64,000 nt of DNA. It comes from Desulfurococcaceae archaeon. GTDB lineage: Archaea > Thermoproteota > Thermoprotei_A > Sulfolobales > Desulfurococcaceae. Position numbers and translations under genes: made by a program. The notes beneath the pieces are model-generated. The model was not told the DNA's origin and ran no database searches. It worked only from the letters and a program-made list of their open reading frames with translations. The DNA is taken from the NCBI GenBank assembly GCA_038888155.1, contig JAWAJB010000001.1:1-64000 (forward strand). Direction: 5' to 3'. Shown in pieces: positions 41,405 through 51,311 of this stretch; position 1 is the first letter of the stretch, and each line of letters begins with the position of its first letter.

Positions 41405-42250
41405 GTGATAGAGTTGAAGCCGCTGATAAACACCCTACTAAAGCAGCTAGATGCTTTAACGCACGTACTTGAGGAGAAAGGCTATTTGGGGTGGTACATA
41501 GGCGAGGTCTCTAGGTTGAGAGGAATTATCAGTGGTGCTAAAACGCCTCATGTTCCTTCCCGCACGCTGTGGGATAGATACACCTTTATATTGACAGCAA
41601 TAGAGGAGGTAGCTATTGTTGCCAAAAAGGCTGGATACGACTTTGCACTTTACTCCATGATAACTTCGTTGAGAGAACAGGTAATAGAGTTTAAGAGCGC
41701 ACTAGAGAGAGCTTATACCTTAGAGAAAATCCAGGTCTCTATGCCAGTAGTTCTTGGAATTTCACTTGTGATTTTCAAGACTATTAATAGCGCTTCAACG
41801 CTGAGTTGGATATACTACGCTATATCAATTATCTCAATTATTTCTGCATTGATAAACCCGGTGTTAAGCCTTATAGGTACGGGATTTTTAGGCGTAATGA
41901 TGATGCTTATCGAGGGCGATGCAAGCGGTTTACTCACGGGTTCGCTATTATTGTTTGTATCTGCTTTGTACGTTTACCTTCTATATATGTCTAAGTCGAG
42001 CAAGTTTGAGAAAAAGGTAGAAGAATTGGCTGTAAATATACGGAACCTAATTGAAGAAGAGCTTGCGCCTAAGCCGTTTAGGTTGGAAGAGGCTCTTCCA
42101 TCGTTGACTGAAAACTGCAGAATTATCAGCACAGGCATATTTACCTACTTAGATAGGGACGCGCTCCTGAAGTACAAGGCTACGCTCCTCTTAATGGCGG
42201 GATTTTTAGCAGAATCGACTGTGCTTCAAGGTAATAAAAGCTTTATTTGA
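41405..42250 (+). CDS. Hypothetical membrane protein
   Basis: Helical N-terminal domain, central block of about 3-4 TM segments, short soluble tail. No family recognised. Confidence 0.75.
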   Translation: MIELKPLINTLLKQLDALTHVLEEKGYLGWYIGEVSRLRGIISGAKTPHVPSRTLWDRYTFILTAIEEVAIVAKKAGYDFALYSMITSLREQVIEFKSALERAYTLEKIQVSMPVVLGISLVIFKTINSASTLSWIYYAISIISIISALINPVLSLIGTGFLGVMMMLIEGDASGLLTGSLLLFVSALYVYLLYMSKSSKFEKKVEELAVNIRNLIEEELAPKPFRLEEALPSLTENCRIISTGIFTYLDRDALLKYKATLLLMAGFLAESTVLQGNKSFI

Positions 42251-42266
42251 AAATATTATAACTAGG

Positions 42267-42761
42267 GTGAAATATATGGGTGGATTAAAGAAATCAAAGG
42301 TCTCTACCCCTACGGGCAGCGGCGAGAAGGGTAAAGAAATTAAAATAGTAACTAGGTCGATAATCTCTGCATCAGATGTAGAGAAAAACCCAAGGCTCTT
42401 GAAACTGCTATACGTAATATCACTGCTTGAAAATGGCATAAGCGAGAAGGCATTAGTACACCTCGTACGAGGTATTGAGGAGGTTGGAGTGAAATTCGGA
42501 TATACTTTTATCAAGCTCGGGGACATGCTTACTAGTAGAGAATTAATAAATGATCTCACAGCACTTAAATACACAGGAATGGTAGAAGTCTCAAGAGGAA
42601 AGAAACTTGTAGTAACAGGAGTTGGGAAGGAGCTCTTGGATAAATCGTCAGGCTTAATTCAAGGCGAGATCTCTACTTTAAAGAAAGCCTTTGACGAGAC
42701 TTGGCCTAGAGTAGCGCCAATAGACTTAGAGGTTAATTTGAAGGCAACTAGGCGTTCATAA
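42267..42761 (+). CDS. Winged-helix domain hypothetical protein
   Basis: KLLY...GYTF...SRELINDLTALKYTGMV...VTGVGKELL pattern typical of wHTH wings. Lys-rich N-terminal tail. Confidence 0.7.
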   Translation: MKYMGGLKKSKVSTPTGSGEKGKEIKIVTRSIISASDVEKNPRLLKLLYVISLLENGISEKALVHLVRGIEEVGVKFGYTFIKLGDMLTSRELINDLTALKYTGMVEVSRGKKLVVTGVGKELLDKSSGLIQGEISTLKKAFDETWPRVAPIDLEVNLKATRRS

Positions 42762-42765
42762 GCTC

Positions 42766-43173
42766 CTATATAATTGGAGTTGGCGGCTGTCTGCGAGATT
42801 CCTTTTCTTCGCGTGTAAGTCTAATGGTAAATAGGGGATTAATCGAGTTCTCCTCTTCAAGCTTCTTCAGGTAGTCTGCAAATTTTGACGTGTGATCCAT
42901 ATCTAATTCAATTAATTGGTAGAATAAAACCCGAAGCTTTTCCCACAGTTCAACTAGCATTTCACGGGGCATATGAGTTGTTATCATTGGGTCCTTTAAC
43001 CAGTTGTCAAAAGCCTCAATAGTCTTATTCATATGCTGGAAGGCTAGCCTCGACAGCGTTATTAGCGTAAGCCTGTCTGCGTCTTTGAAGTTCTCCTCTG
43101 CCTTCTTAAACATGTTTTTTATTTCCTGTTGCCTCTTGATCCAGGCGCCGAGATTGTCGTAGAAACCACTCAC
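42766..43173 (-). CDS. DUF2153 family protein
   Basis: ADRLTLI..SR.AFQHM..TI.AFD.WL.DP.IT.HMPREML...DMDHTS, a conserved crenarchaeal pattern. Confidence 0.85.
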   Translation of the reverse strand: MSGFYDNLGAWIKRQQEIKNMFKKAEENFKDADRLTLITLSRLAFQHMNKTIEAFDNWLKDPMITTHMPREMLVELWEKLRVLFYQLIELDMDHTSKFADYLKKLEEENSINPLFTIRLTREEKESRRQPPTPII

Positions 43174-43301
43174 AGTTTCACACCTACTTTAGAAAAGACG
43201 TGAACTCCACTTTATACTTTACTGTTTTCAGCAAAACTTCAAGCTTTTATAGGGTGAAGTTAATTATGATTCAAGTTAAGCTATGCGCGTATGGGTACAC
43301 A

Positions 43302-44042
43302 ATGGAGATACGACTCAACGAATCCCTAGATCATAGCATATATATAGGTATAGATGAAGCCGGTAGAGGACCGTTGATAGGGGATATGGTTATAGCAGGG
43401 ATAATGACAACTAACTACATACTAGATAGATTGGTTAAAAAGGGGCTGAGGGATAGTAAAAGGCTAAACCCCACTAAGAGGTACTTCCTGTATAATGAGG
43501 CAGTTAGAGAGGGGGTAGCAACAATAGCCGTATTCATCCACCCATGGAGAATAGACAGAGAGAACTTAAATCTAATAGAGGAAAGGTACATTAAGTGGAT
43601 TTTAAAAACAATTAATACACTAATCAATGACTTAAAGATGGAAAAAGTCTATATTTTTGTAGACGAGGTAAAGGGATGTAACAACAACGTCCGCGCATAT
43701 GCTGAAGAGCTCTTCAAAGAATTTAAACTGTCCTTCTCTATGGAAGCTAATGCAGATTTGAAGTATCCGCCAGTAGCCCTTGCTAGCGTTATTGCCAAGG
43801 TAGCTAGGGACACTAGCATTAATGCGCTCAAAAGACACATCGGAGATTTTGGATCAGGGTACACAGCTGATCCAACGCTGAAGGATTGGCTAGAGTCAAG
43901 CTACAGCATTAATGCGCCGCCGCCAATTTACATTCGAAGGAGCTGGCGTTTATTAAAGCATAAGACACCCCTGTGGTATATCGCAAAGAGGAAGAGAAAA
44001 ACACCTATGCATAAAAATCTAAGACATTTCACTAAACGGTGA
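43302..44042 (+). CDS. rnhB: Ribonuclease HII
   Basis: IGIDEAGRGPLIG, LRDSKRL, ALASVIAKVARD, GDFGSGY..DP, IRRSW. Start trimmed to ATG 43302. Confidence 0.95.
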   Translation: MEIRLNESLDHSIYIGIDEAGRGPLIGDMVIAGIMTTNYILDRLVKKGLRDSKRLNPTKRYFLYNEAVREGVATIAVFIHPWRIDRENLNLIEERYIKWILKTINTLINDLKMEKVYIFVDEVKGCNNNVRAYAEELFKEFKLSFSMEANADLKYPPVALASVIAKVARDTSINALKRHIGDFGSGYTADPTLKDWLESSYSINAPPPIYIRRSWRLLKHKTPLWYIAKRKRKTPMHKNLRHFTKR

Positions 44043-44046
44043 GAGT

Positions 44047-45210
44047 TTGGTTACAAACCTACCAGCAGAGGCCAGAGCTAAGTGGATTAAAGTAATGGAG
44101 GCAAAGACCCCAGAAGAGAAAGTTAGATCCCTTGAAGAATTTTTGTCCAGTGTTCCTAAGCACAAGGGGACTGAGAAGCTAAGGGAGTGGGCCACAAAAA
44201 GGCTCTCTCAACTCCGCGAAGAGATAGAGGACAAGAGGAGAAAAAAATCTGGGTCGAGGTTTACTTTCTTCCTAGAGAAAGAGGGGGACGTGCAAGTTGC
44301 TGTAGTGGGCCCTCCTAATAGCGGCAAGAGTTCACTTGTAGCAAGGCTAACAGGAGCTAAGACCGCAGTGGCAGACTACCCCTTTGCAACTAAGCACCCT
44401 GTGCCAGGTATGTTAAAGTACAGAGATGTGTACTTTCAACTCATAGATACCCCCCCACTTTTCAATGGTTCAAGCCTATTCAGCAAAGTAGTTGGAATAA
44501 TACGAAACGCTGACGGACTTCTTCTAGTGTTAGATGCCACATCTGATTTCATTGAGGACCTGAAGTGGATAGTAGAAACATTAAAAGAGGAGGGCATCCT
44601 GCTGGTAAAGCCTCGCGGACGAGTTTCAATAGATATAATGAGAGCTGGTAAAACGGGTATTAGAGTTACTATCATGGGAAAATTGATCGGTACAACAGTT
44701 GACGATATCAGAAAGCTCCTGGAAAGCTACAGAATTTACAACGCCCACGTTAAAATTTACGGTGAAGTTAACCTAGACGATGTAGAACAGGCATTATTTG
44801 AGGCCTCCTCTTACAAACCAACTGTTGTATTCATTAACAAAACAGATATAGCTAACGTAGAGAGAAGATCGCTAGATAGAGTTAATGAAATCTTGCCTGA
44901 GCCCCGGATAATCTCTGGTTCAGCCTTACAGGACAGGGGCTTAAACTCTATTGCACCAGCTTTATATGATGTTATGGAAGTTGTGAGAGTATACACTAAA
45001 TCCCCGAATGCGCCGCCTTCGAGCAAACCTATTGTCTTGAGAAAAAACGCCACTGTGAAGGATATTGCTCGTATAGTGCACAGCGATTTCATAGAGAACT
45101 TTCTTTACGCTAAGGTTTGGGGACTATCTGCCAAGTATCCAGGCGAAAGAGTAGGGCTTGATCACATTTTGCACGATGGGGACGTCGTGGAAATTCACAC
45201 AAAGGGTTAA
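44047..45210 (+). CDS. DRG/OBG-family GTPase with TGS domain
   Basis: TNLP, PKHKGTE, GPPNSGKSS, DYPFAT, DTPP, NKTD, C-terminal TGS (DGDVVEIH). Confidence 0.93.
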   Translation: MVTNLPAEARAKWIKVMEAKTPEEKVRSLEEFLSSVPKHKGTEKLREWATKRLSQLREEIEDKRRKKSGSRFTFFLEKEGDVQVAVVGPPNSGKSSLVARLTGAKTAVADYPFATKHPVPGMLKYRDVYFQLIDTPPLFNGSSLFSKVVGIIRNADGLLLVLDATSDFIEDLKWIVETLKEEGILLVKPRGRVSIDIMRAGKTGIRVTIMGKLIGTTVDDIRKLLESYRIYNAHVKIYGEVNLDDVEQALFEASSYKPTVVFINKTDIANVERRSLDRVNEILPEPRIISGSALQDRGLNSIAPALYDVMEVVRVYTKSPNAPPSSKPIVLRKNATVKDIARIVHSDFIENFLYAKVWGLSAKYPGERVGLDHILHDGDVVEIHTKG

Positions 45211-45329
45211 CGCCGCGTATATAGCTTAAAGTTTTACTTTCAAAGCTTAAACTTTACATTAATGCCTATTTTGAGTGTTAAGTTAAAAAAATTTTCTGAA
45301 TCTCTTGGGTTTTACGCTAAAAGGAGGAC

Positions 45330-46541
45330 TTATTTAACTTTTAACCTCATGACAAGTAAACACGCTAAGAGCAGAAGGGTTATCTGGACAAGCATAAGCT
45401 CTATGAAACCGTAGGACTCATATATGAACCCGCTAATGGGGGGCATTATAGCCCCAGGTAAATACATAAAGATCCTAGCAATTCCTAAAGCCATACCTAC
45501 ATATCCATTTACAGCTAGAGATGGAGGAATTGAGTAGTTCATTGGGCTCTTAATTGCAGATACTAAGCCTATAATCAACACCATAGCCATAACTATATAC
45601 TGCTGATAAACTAAAGCGAATGTTATAAACGGGATTACTTCACCGCACAGACTCACCAAATAGGTCCTCTTCTTTCCAATTTTGCCCGACAACCAACCCC
45701 CAAACATGGAGCCGAAAATCCCGCATACTCCCATAATGCCGAGCAACAAACTTGCAATGCTCTCTGAGAAACCCTTCTCTTTGCTCAATAGAGTCACGCC
45801 ATAAGTTCCGAAAATATTCGCAGGAGATAGGCCAATGAAGATTGTAAGGCCGAAAAGCCAGATTTGAAAGCTACGGAGAGAGTCCTTTAACCCCTTCAAA
45901 CTAACCTTGTTGTGCCTTACATCGATATTTTCAATGCGCGAACTTTTCATTAACATTAACACTGATGGGGGGAGCAGTATAATTGAGCTTATTAACCCAA
46001 CAGTAAAAACCGCCCTCCAACCGTACTGAGTTGTAATCAAGCTCGCCATGGGAGTAAACACAGCTCGAGCTGTAGCCATTGATGCAGACCATATACCTAG
46101 CGCTATGCCCTGCTCTTTCTCTTTAAACCACTTCATTATAACAATGGGTCCTCCTGCTCCTAGAATAATTCCGCATATACCTATGAAGAACCTCCCAATG
46201 AGTAAAGTGTTGAAATCTGGAGAGATTGCACATATAACCCAGCCAATACATCCTGCAAGCAACGAGATTATAAGCCCTTTCTCCGCACCTATAGAGTCTA
46301 GGAGAACCCCGCTTGGCAGAGATAGGATAGCTCCCGCAAGGTTGAGTGATGTTGAAAGAAGCCCGGCCATTGTTAGTGTTATATTTAGCTCTCTTATGAG
46401 TGCAGGTACTATGGGAGCTGTCAATGCAAATGCGTAACCTAAAACTAGTAGAAAGTTAGATGTTAGAATGAAAAGAATTACCCATCTAATCCAGCTGGAT
46501 TGATCAACTCTTTGCGCATTTATTTTACCTACCATAAGCAA
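45330..46541 (-). CDS. MFS transporter
   Basis: About 12 TM segments, motif A variants (GVLLDSIGAE; GWLSGKIGKKR), LIGRFFIG, KWFKEKEQGIALG. Confidence 0.92.
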   Translation of the reverse strand: MLMVGKINAQRVDQSSWIRWVILFILTSNFLLVLGYAFALTAPIVPALIRELNITLTMAGLLSTSLNLAGAILSLPSGVLLDSIGAEKGLIISLLAGCIGWVICAISPDFNTLLIGRFFIGICGIILGAGGPIVIMKWFKEKEQGIALGIWSASMATARAVFTPMASLITTQYGWRAVFTVGLISSIILLPPSVLMLMKSSRIENIDVRHNKVSLKGLKDSLRSFQIWLFGLTIFIGLSPANIFGTYGVTLLSKEKGFSESIASLLLGIMGVCGIFGSMFGGWLSGKIGKKRTYLVSLCGEVIPFITFALVYQQYIVMAMVLIIGLVSAIKSPMNYSIPPSLAVNGYVGMALGIARIFMYLPGAIMPPISGFIYESYGFIELMLVQITLLLLACLLVMRLKVK

Positions 46542-46632
46542 TTTGCACCTAATCTATAGAGTTAGTGAATCAGGAGAAAGGATATTAAACCTTGGCTGTC
46601 TGTTTTAAGTAGGGGTTTTAATCCCTTCATAA

Positions 46633-46748
46633 ATATATTTCGAATAAAATTTTATTATTTTAACATATTTAATAAAAAATCTAAATAAAGTATTGTTGTT
46701 TCGAATTCAACGCCGTAGCTCCACGTGAAGATCGGAAAAGCTTAAAAA
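46633..46748. promoter_or_regulatory. AT-rich divergent control region with two TTTCGAAT-centred semi-palindromes and a BRE-TATA
   Basis: ATATATTTCGAATAAAAT (46633-46650), GTTGTTTCGAATTCAAC (46695-46711), GAAAAG-CTTAAAAA (46735-46748). Confidence 0.4.
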
Positions 46749-46789
46749 GGTTCGCGCGCTTATTTCTCATGGAATAGGTGTATTCTTTC

Positions 46790-47383
46790 ATGGTTGGTCA
46801 AGTCGCAGAAGTTCGTCTTCACGGAAAAGGCGGACAAGGAATAGTGATAGGGTCAGAGCTAATAGCACACGCTGCAGTGATGGACGGTAAATTCGCTAGA
46901 ACTTTTCCAGAATTTACATCTGCTAGAAGAGGGGCTCCAGTGGTATCCTACCTCTTTATAGGAGAAGCTACAATGGCAGCTAGATCAGCCATCGTTAACC
47001 CAGAGTATTTAGTAGTATTTGATCCAAAGATTCACACAGTTGTACCAGGATGGGTATTTGGTGGTTTCAGAGAGAACGGCGTATTTATACAGAACACTAC
47101 GAGAAGCCCAGAAGAAGTCTTAGAAGAGCTTAAAACTCTAGTTCCACACGTTAAACCAAGACTAGTTGCTACACTTGACGCGACCGGTATAGCCCTTAAA
47201 CATACCCGCAGGCCTATACCAAACATAGCTATTGTTGGAGCGTTTAGCAAAGTAACAAACCTCGTAAAAGTTGATCTCCTAGCTGAAGCTGTAAAGGCTA
47301 GGTTCCCCCAGGCAACTTGGGAGAACAACTTAAAGGTTTTAGAGGAAGGATATAATAGTGTAACTGTAAAGGAGGTTAGGTGA
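46790..47383 (+). CDS. 2-oxoacid:ferredoxin oxidoreductase gamma subunit
   Basis: EVRLHGKGGQG, FPEF...RRGAPV, DATGIAL, PNIAIVGA. ATG at 46790 after AGGTG. Confidence 0.92.
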   Translation: MVGQVAEVRLHGKGGQGIVIGSELIAHAAVMDGKFARTFPEFTSARRGAPVVSYLFIGEATMAARSAIVNPEYLVVFDPKIHTVVPGWVFGGFRENGVFIQNTTRSPEEVLEELKTLVPHVKPRLVATLDATGIALKHTRRPIPNIAIVGAFSKVTNLVKVDLLAEAVKARFPQATWENNLKVLEEGYNSVTVKEVR

Positions 47384-47656
47384 TTGGTTGTGTCAGGTCA
47401 AACTCAACTACCTGAAATTCAAACTGGAACACTCGGAGTAACTATAGCCCTTAGCGTAGCACACTGGAGAGAGTTCAAGCCAGAGATAGACCTCAAGAAA
47501 TGCACAAAGTGCTGGACATGCTACACATTCTGCCCAGAGGGGGCAATTGACAAAACACCCGAAGGCCCAAAGGTCAATTTTGCTTTTTGTAAAGGATGCG
47601 GGGTATGCGCAAATGAATGCCCAGTTAAAGCAATTAGCATGGTGAGGGAGGAGTAA
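47384..47656 (+). CDS. 2-oxoacid:ferredoxin oxidoreductase delta subunit (2x[4Fe-4S])
   Basis: WREFKP, CTKCWTCYTFCP, CKGCGVCANECP. Confidence 0.94.
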   Translation: MVVSGQTQLPEIQTGTLGVTIALSVAHWREFKPEIDLKKCTKCWTCYTFCPEGAIDKTPEGPKVNFAFCKGCGVCANECPVKAISMVREE

Positions 47657-47657
47657 T

Positions 47658-49748
47658 ATGACCAAAACTGTCTTAATTTCAGGCAACGCAGCAGTTGCGT
47701 ATGGAGTAAAAATGTCCAGAGCTAAGGTTATCTCGGCGTACCCAATTACGCCATCCACGACTATGGTAGAGTACCTGGCTGAATTTGTTGCCAAGGGCGA
47801 GCTCGACGCCGAGTACATACACCCCGAAGGAGAGCACTCGGCTGTGGCTGCAGCTCTAGCCGCTGCTGCTGCAGGTGTTAGAAGCTTTACTGCCACGGGT
47901 TCGCAAGGGCTTGGCTACGCTCATGAAATTGTTGCACAGGCGCCATCATTTAGGGCTCCGTTCCTACTAGGAATAGCGAATAGAACCCTTGGGTGGTATT
48001 GGAGCCTTCAAAGCGACTACAGCGACATGATGCCTACGAGAGACCTTGCTTGGATAATAGGCGTAGTTGAAACTGTGCAAGAGTCTTTCGATTTTGTCCC
48101 ACAACTGTATAAGATATCAGAAAACGAAAAGGTATTACTGCCGGCAATGCTCTCCCTTGATGGCTTCAACTTAACGCACTCAACCGAGAAAGTCCTGTTG
48201 CCATCCCAAGAGGAGATCGATGACTTTCTGCCGCCCAGAAAGAACTACCGGCATACTTTAGATCCATACATGCAGGACACATATCTAAGGCACAACGTTC
48301 CTCAAAACGCACACACTATATATAGGAGGATATTCGAGGAAACATTTGAGAGGGCGAAAAAGGTTATATATGAAGTAACCAAGGAGTACTCTGAGAAGTT
48401 CAACAGGGATTCGTACGGCCTTATAGAGGAATACAAAGTAGATGGCTCAGAGGCATTATTAGTTACAATGGGTTCAATGACAACAGCCGCAAGGAGAGCA
48501 GTAGACTCGCTCCGCGACGAGGGTAAAAAGGTTGGCTTAGTTAAACTAAGGTTCTACAGGCCATTCCCCACAAAAGAGCTCGTTGAATTGGCAGAGAAGA
48601 CCGGCGTAAGCGCATTTGGAGTTGTTGACAGAATGGTAAGCCACGGAAGGTATATGGGACCAGTTGGTTTAGATGCCGCAGCTGCGCTGTATAAGTTAAA
48701 GAATAGGCCAGCCTTCTTTAACTTCATAGCCGGCATGGGCGGAGAAGATATATCGATATCGGACTTCAAGAAAATGTATGGAGACTTGTTGGGGGCTAAA
48801 GGAAGCGGTGAAGTGGATATTAAGACCGTGTTCGTAGAGAAGAAGCCCGTGATACCGACGCCGCAATTTGTGTTCAAGGACCGACTGATTGGTGCTGGCT
48901 CGTACCTGTGCACTGGTTGTGGTATCACACTACTCTCTAAGTACATCTTCAACATGATCGACAAAAACACTGTGATAGCTGTACCTCCAAGCTGCTACTC
49001 AGTTGGAATACCTTCAATAACTGGCGTACCTCAAATAATAGCTAACTTCGCCGCTCCAGCTGCCTTTGCCAGAGGATATAAGAGGGCTTACTTAGCCAAG
49101 GGCAGCAAGACAAGGGTCATGGTAATTGCAGGAGACGGATGTGCAGCTGATATAGGTCTACAATCCCTATCTTCAGCAGCAGAGGCTAACGAGCCAATAC
49201 TCTGGGTAACATACGACAACGAGGCATACATGAATACTGGCATCCAGAGAAGCGGAACGACTCCGTTTGCCGCGTGGACAACTACAACTCCCGTAGGGGC
49301 AAGGTGGAAGGGCAAGCGCGAGTTCTCAAAGAACATGATAGACATAATGGTAGCTCACAGGATACCGTACATAGCTACATTATCCGTTGCATTCACAAGG
49401 GACTTCGAGACTAAGTTCAAGAAGGGAATGGAAGTCACAGACAACAACCTAGGCATGGCATATCTACACATTCAACAACCATGCCCTACTGGCTGGAGAT
49501 TTGACACTAGCAAGACAGTTGAAGTTGCTAGGTTAGCTGTTCTAACAGGCATGTGGCCCCTAATAGAAGTAGATAACGGCGTGTTCAAGTTGACATTTAA
49601 GCCCGCCAAGCTAAGACCTGTCGCAGACTACTTGAAGCTCCAAGGCAGATTCGCCCACGTTACAGAGGAGCAAATAAAGTCGCTACAGGAATACGTAGAG
49701 AAGAACTGGCAGCGCTTACTAGAACTGGATGGAAAGAGGCTCTGGTAA
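47658..49748 (+). CDS. Fused alpha-beta subunit of a 2-oxoacid:ferredoxin oxidoreductase
   Basis: Alpha part: SGNAAVA, AYPITP, EGEHS, TATGSQGL, RFYRPFP. Beta part: LCTGCG, GDG...DIGLQ...DNEAYMNTGIQRS, PCPTGW. One continuous 696-aa ORF. Confidence 0.93.
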   Translation: MTKTVLISGNAAVAYGVKMSRAKVISAYPITPSTTMVEYLAEFVAKGELDAEYIHPEGEHSAVAAALAAAAAGVRSFTATGSQGLGYAHEIVAQAPSFRAPFLLGIANRTLGWYWSLQSDYSDMMPTRDLAWIIGVVETVQESFDFVPQLYKISENEKVLLPAMLSLDGFNLTHSTEKVLLPSQEEIDDFLPPRKNYRHTLDPYMQDTYLRHNVPQNAHTIYRRIFEETFERAKKVIYEVTKEYSEKFNRDSYGLIEEYKVDGSEALLVTMGSMTTAARRAVDSLRDEGKKVGLVKLRFYRPFPTKELVELAEKTGVSAFGVVDRMVSHGRYMGPVGLDAAAALYKLKNRPAFFNFIAGMGGEDISISDFKKMYGDLLGAKGSGEVDIKTVFVEKKPVIPTPQFVFKDRLIGAGSYLCTGCGITLLSKYIFNMIDKNTVIAVPPSCYSVGIPSITGVPQIIANFAAPAAFARGYKRAYLAKGSKTRVMVIAGDGCAADIGLQSLSSAAEANEPILWVTYDNEAYMNTGIQRSGTTPFAAWTTTTPVGARWKGKREFSKNMIDIMVAHRIPYIATLSVAFTRDFETKFKKGMEVTDNNLGMAYLHIQQPCPTGWRFDTSKTVEVARLAVLTGMWPLIEVDNGVFKLTFKPAKLRPVADYLKLQGRFAHVTEEQIKSLQEYVEKNWQRLLELDGKRLW

Positions 49749-49756
49749 ATTCCAAG

Positions 49757-49773
49757 TTTATTTTTTTACTTTT
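49757..49773 (+). terminator. T-rich terminator-like tract after the oxidoreductase genes
   Basis: TTTATTTTTTTACTTTT starting 9 nt after the stop. Confidence 0.4.
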
Positions 49774-49817
49774 AAACCGCTTTCTCCTTCTTTATAAGTA
49801 TTGGATGTGGTGAGTTT

Positions 49818-51242
49818 ATGGGTATAAGAAAAGAGCTAGAAGTATTCAAATACTTTTATGAGCCGAGAAGTGTTGCAATAATAGGTGCTAGTAGACAGCC
49901 TGGTACCTGGGGATACCAGATACTCAAGAACTTACTAGATATGGGTTTTGAAGGAAAGGTCTATCCAGTAAATCCACGAGCTACAGAACTAATGGGACTA
50001 AAAGTTTACCCAGACATACAATCCGTTCCTGACGAAGTTGACTTAGCAGTTATCGTGGTTCCCGCTGCAATAGTCCCAAGCGTAATGGAGGGATGTGTAG
50101 CAAAAGGCGTTAAAGCCGCAACGGTGATCACAGCAGGCTTCGGCGAGACTGGACCTGAGGGGAAAAAGCTTGAAGAAGAAGTGCTTAAGATCGCTAGAAA
50201 GGGCAACATAAGAATACAGGGACCAAACTGCATGGGGACATATGTCTCGTGGACCAAGCTAAATACATCGTTTGCCTCATCCAAGGAAGTACCAGAAAAA
50301 GTAGGACACATTGCCTTCATATCACAAAGCGGCGCATTCGCAGGCACTATGTTGAGGTGGGCAAAGACAAGGAATATGGGGTTTAGCGTTGCAATCTCAA
50401 TAGGAAATCAAGCTGATCTAGAAATTAGCGATTACTTGGAATATCTTTGCGGCGCTGAACCCCACACAAGAGTGATTACGCTGTATATAGAGGGAGTAAA
50501 GGACGGTAAAAAATTCACGAGAGCGCTTGAAATATGTAGAGAGAACAAAAAACCGGTAATTGCGATGAAGCTTGGCTATACCCCTGCAGGTGCAGCCGCT
50601 GCGCTTTCGCACACAGCATCTCTTGCTGGACAGGATGCTGTTTACAACGCTGTGTTCAAGAAGTACGGTGTAATCCGGGCGTACGACTTTGAAGAAATGT
50701 TCGATATAGCTATGGGTTTTGCAAACCTCCCACTACCCGAGGGAGACCGCATATGTGGTTTAAGCGGTGGCGGAGGGTGGGCAGTTGAACTGTCTGATGC
50801 TGTGTATTCACTAGGGCTAAAGCTTCCACCTCTACCTAAAGAGATAATTGAAGAAGTTGACTCAAAGAAGGTGCTACCTCCATTCTGGAATAGAAGGAAC
50901 CCCGCTGACTTAGTTGCAACTCCAGATCCTGAACCGTACAGGTTCCTCGCTGAAAAATTCCTAAAGACTGATGTGTGCGACATTATAATACAAGTAGGAG
51001 GCGGTGTAATGCTGACACCAGAGCAAGAGCAAAGAAGCATCGAAAATGCAAAGCATATATCTTCTTTAGTCAAAGAACTTAGTAAGCCAATGATGGTTGT
51101 GAGCAACCTTGGCAGGGCTTCAGCCGCTGCCGCAATATACGATGATGCAGGTATCCCAGTTTACACAACCCCCTCAAGAGCCGCAAGGGTAGCCAGAGCG
51201 CTCGTTGATTACTCTAGATACATAAGAAAATATCAAAAATAG
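49818..51242 (+). CDS. Acyl-CoA synthetase (ADP-forming) alpha subunit
   Basis: PRSVAIIGAS, YPVNP, GPNCMG, SQSGA, IGNQADL, ALSHTASLAG (phospho-His), NPADL. No ATP-grasp beta domain. Confidence 0.92.
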   Translation: MGIRKELEVFKYFYEPRSVAIIGASRQPGTWGYQILKNLLDMGFEGKVYPVNPRATELMGLKVYPDIQSVPDEVDLAVIVVPAAIVPSVMEGCVAKGVKAATVITAGFGETGPEGKKLEEEVLKIARKGNIRIQGPNCMGTYVSWTKLNTSFASSKEVPEKVGHIAFISQSGAFAGTMLRWAKTRNMGFSVAISIGNQADLEISDYLEYLCGAEPHTRVITLYIEGVKDGKKFTRALEICRENKKPVIAMKLGYTPAGAAAALSHTASLAGQDAVYNAVFKKYGVIRAYDFEEMFDIAMGFANLPLPEGDRICGLSGGGGWAVELSDAVYSLGLKLPPLPKEIIEEVDSKKVLPPFWNRRNPADLVATPDPEPYRFLAEKFLKTDVCDIIIQVGGGVMLTPEQEQRSIENAKHISSLVKELSKPMMVVSNLGRASAAAAIYDDAGIPVYTTPSRAARVARALVDYSRYIRKYQK

Positions 51243-51311
51243 CAACTAACAGCCTCAAAGATAGGCGCAGGAAAAAAATAAGTATTTTTTAATCCTCAAT
51301 TACAGGTTAAA

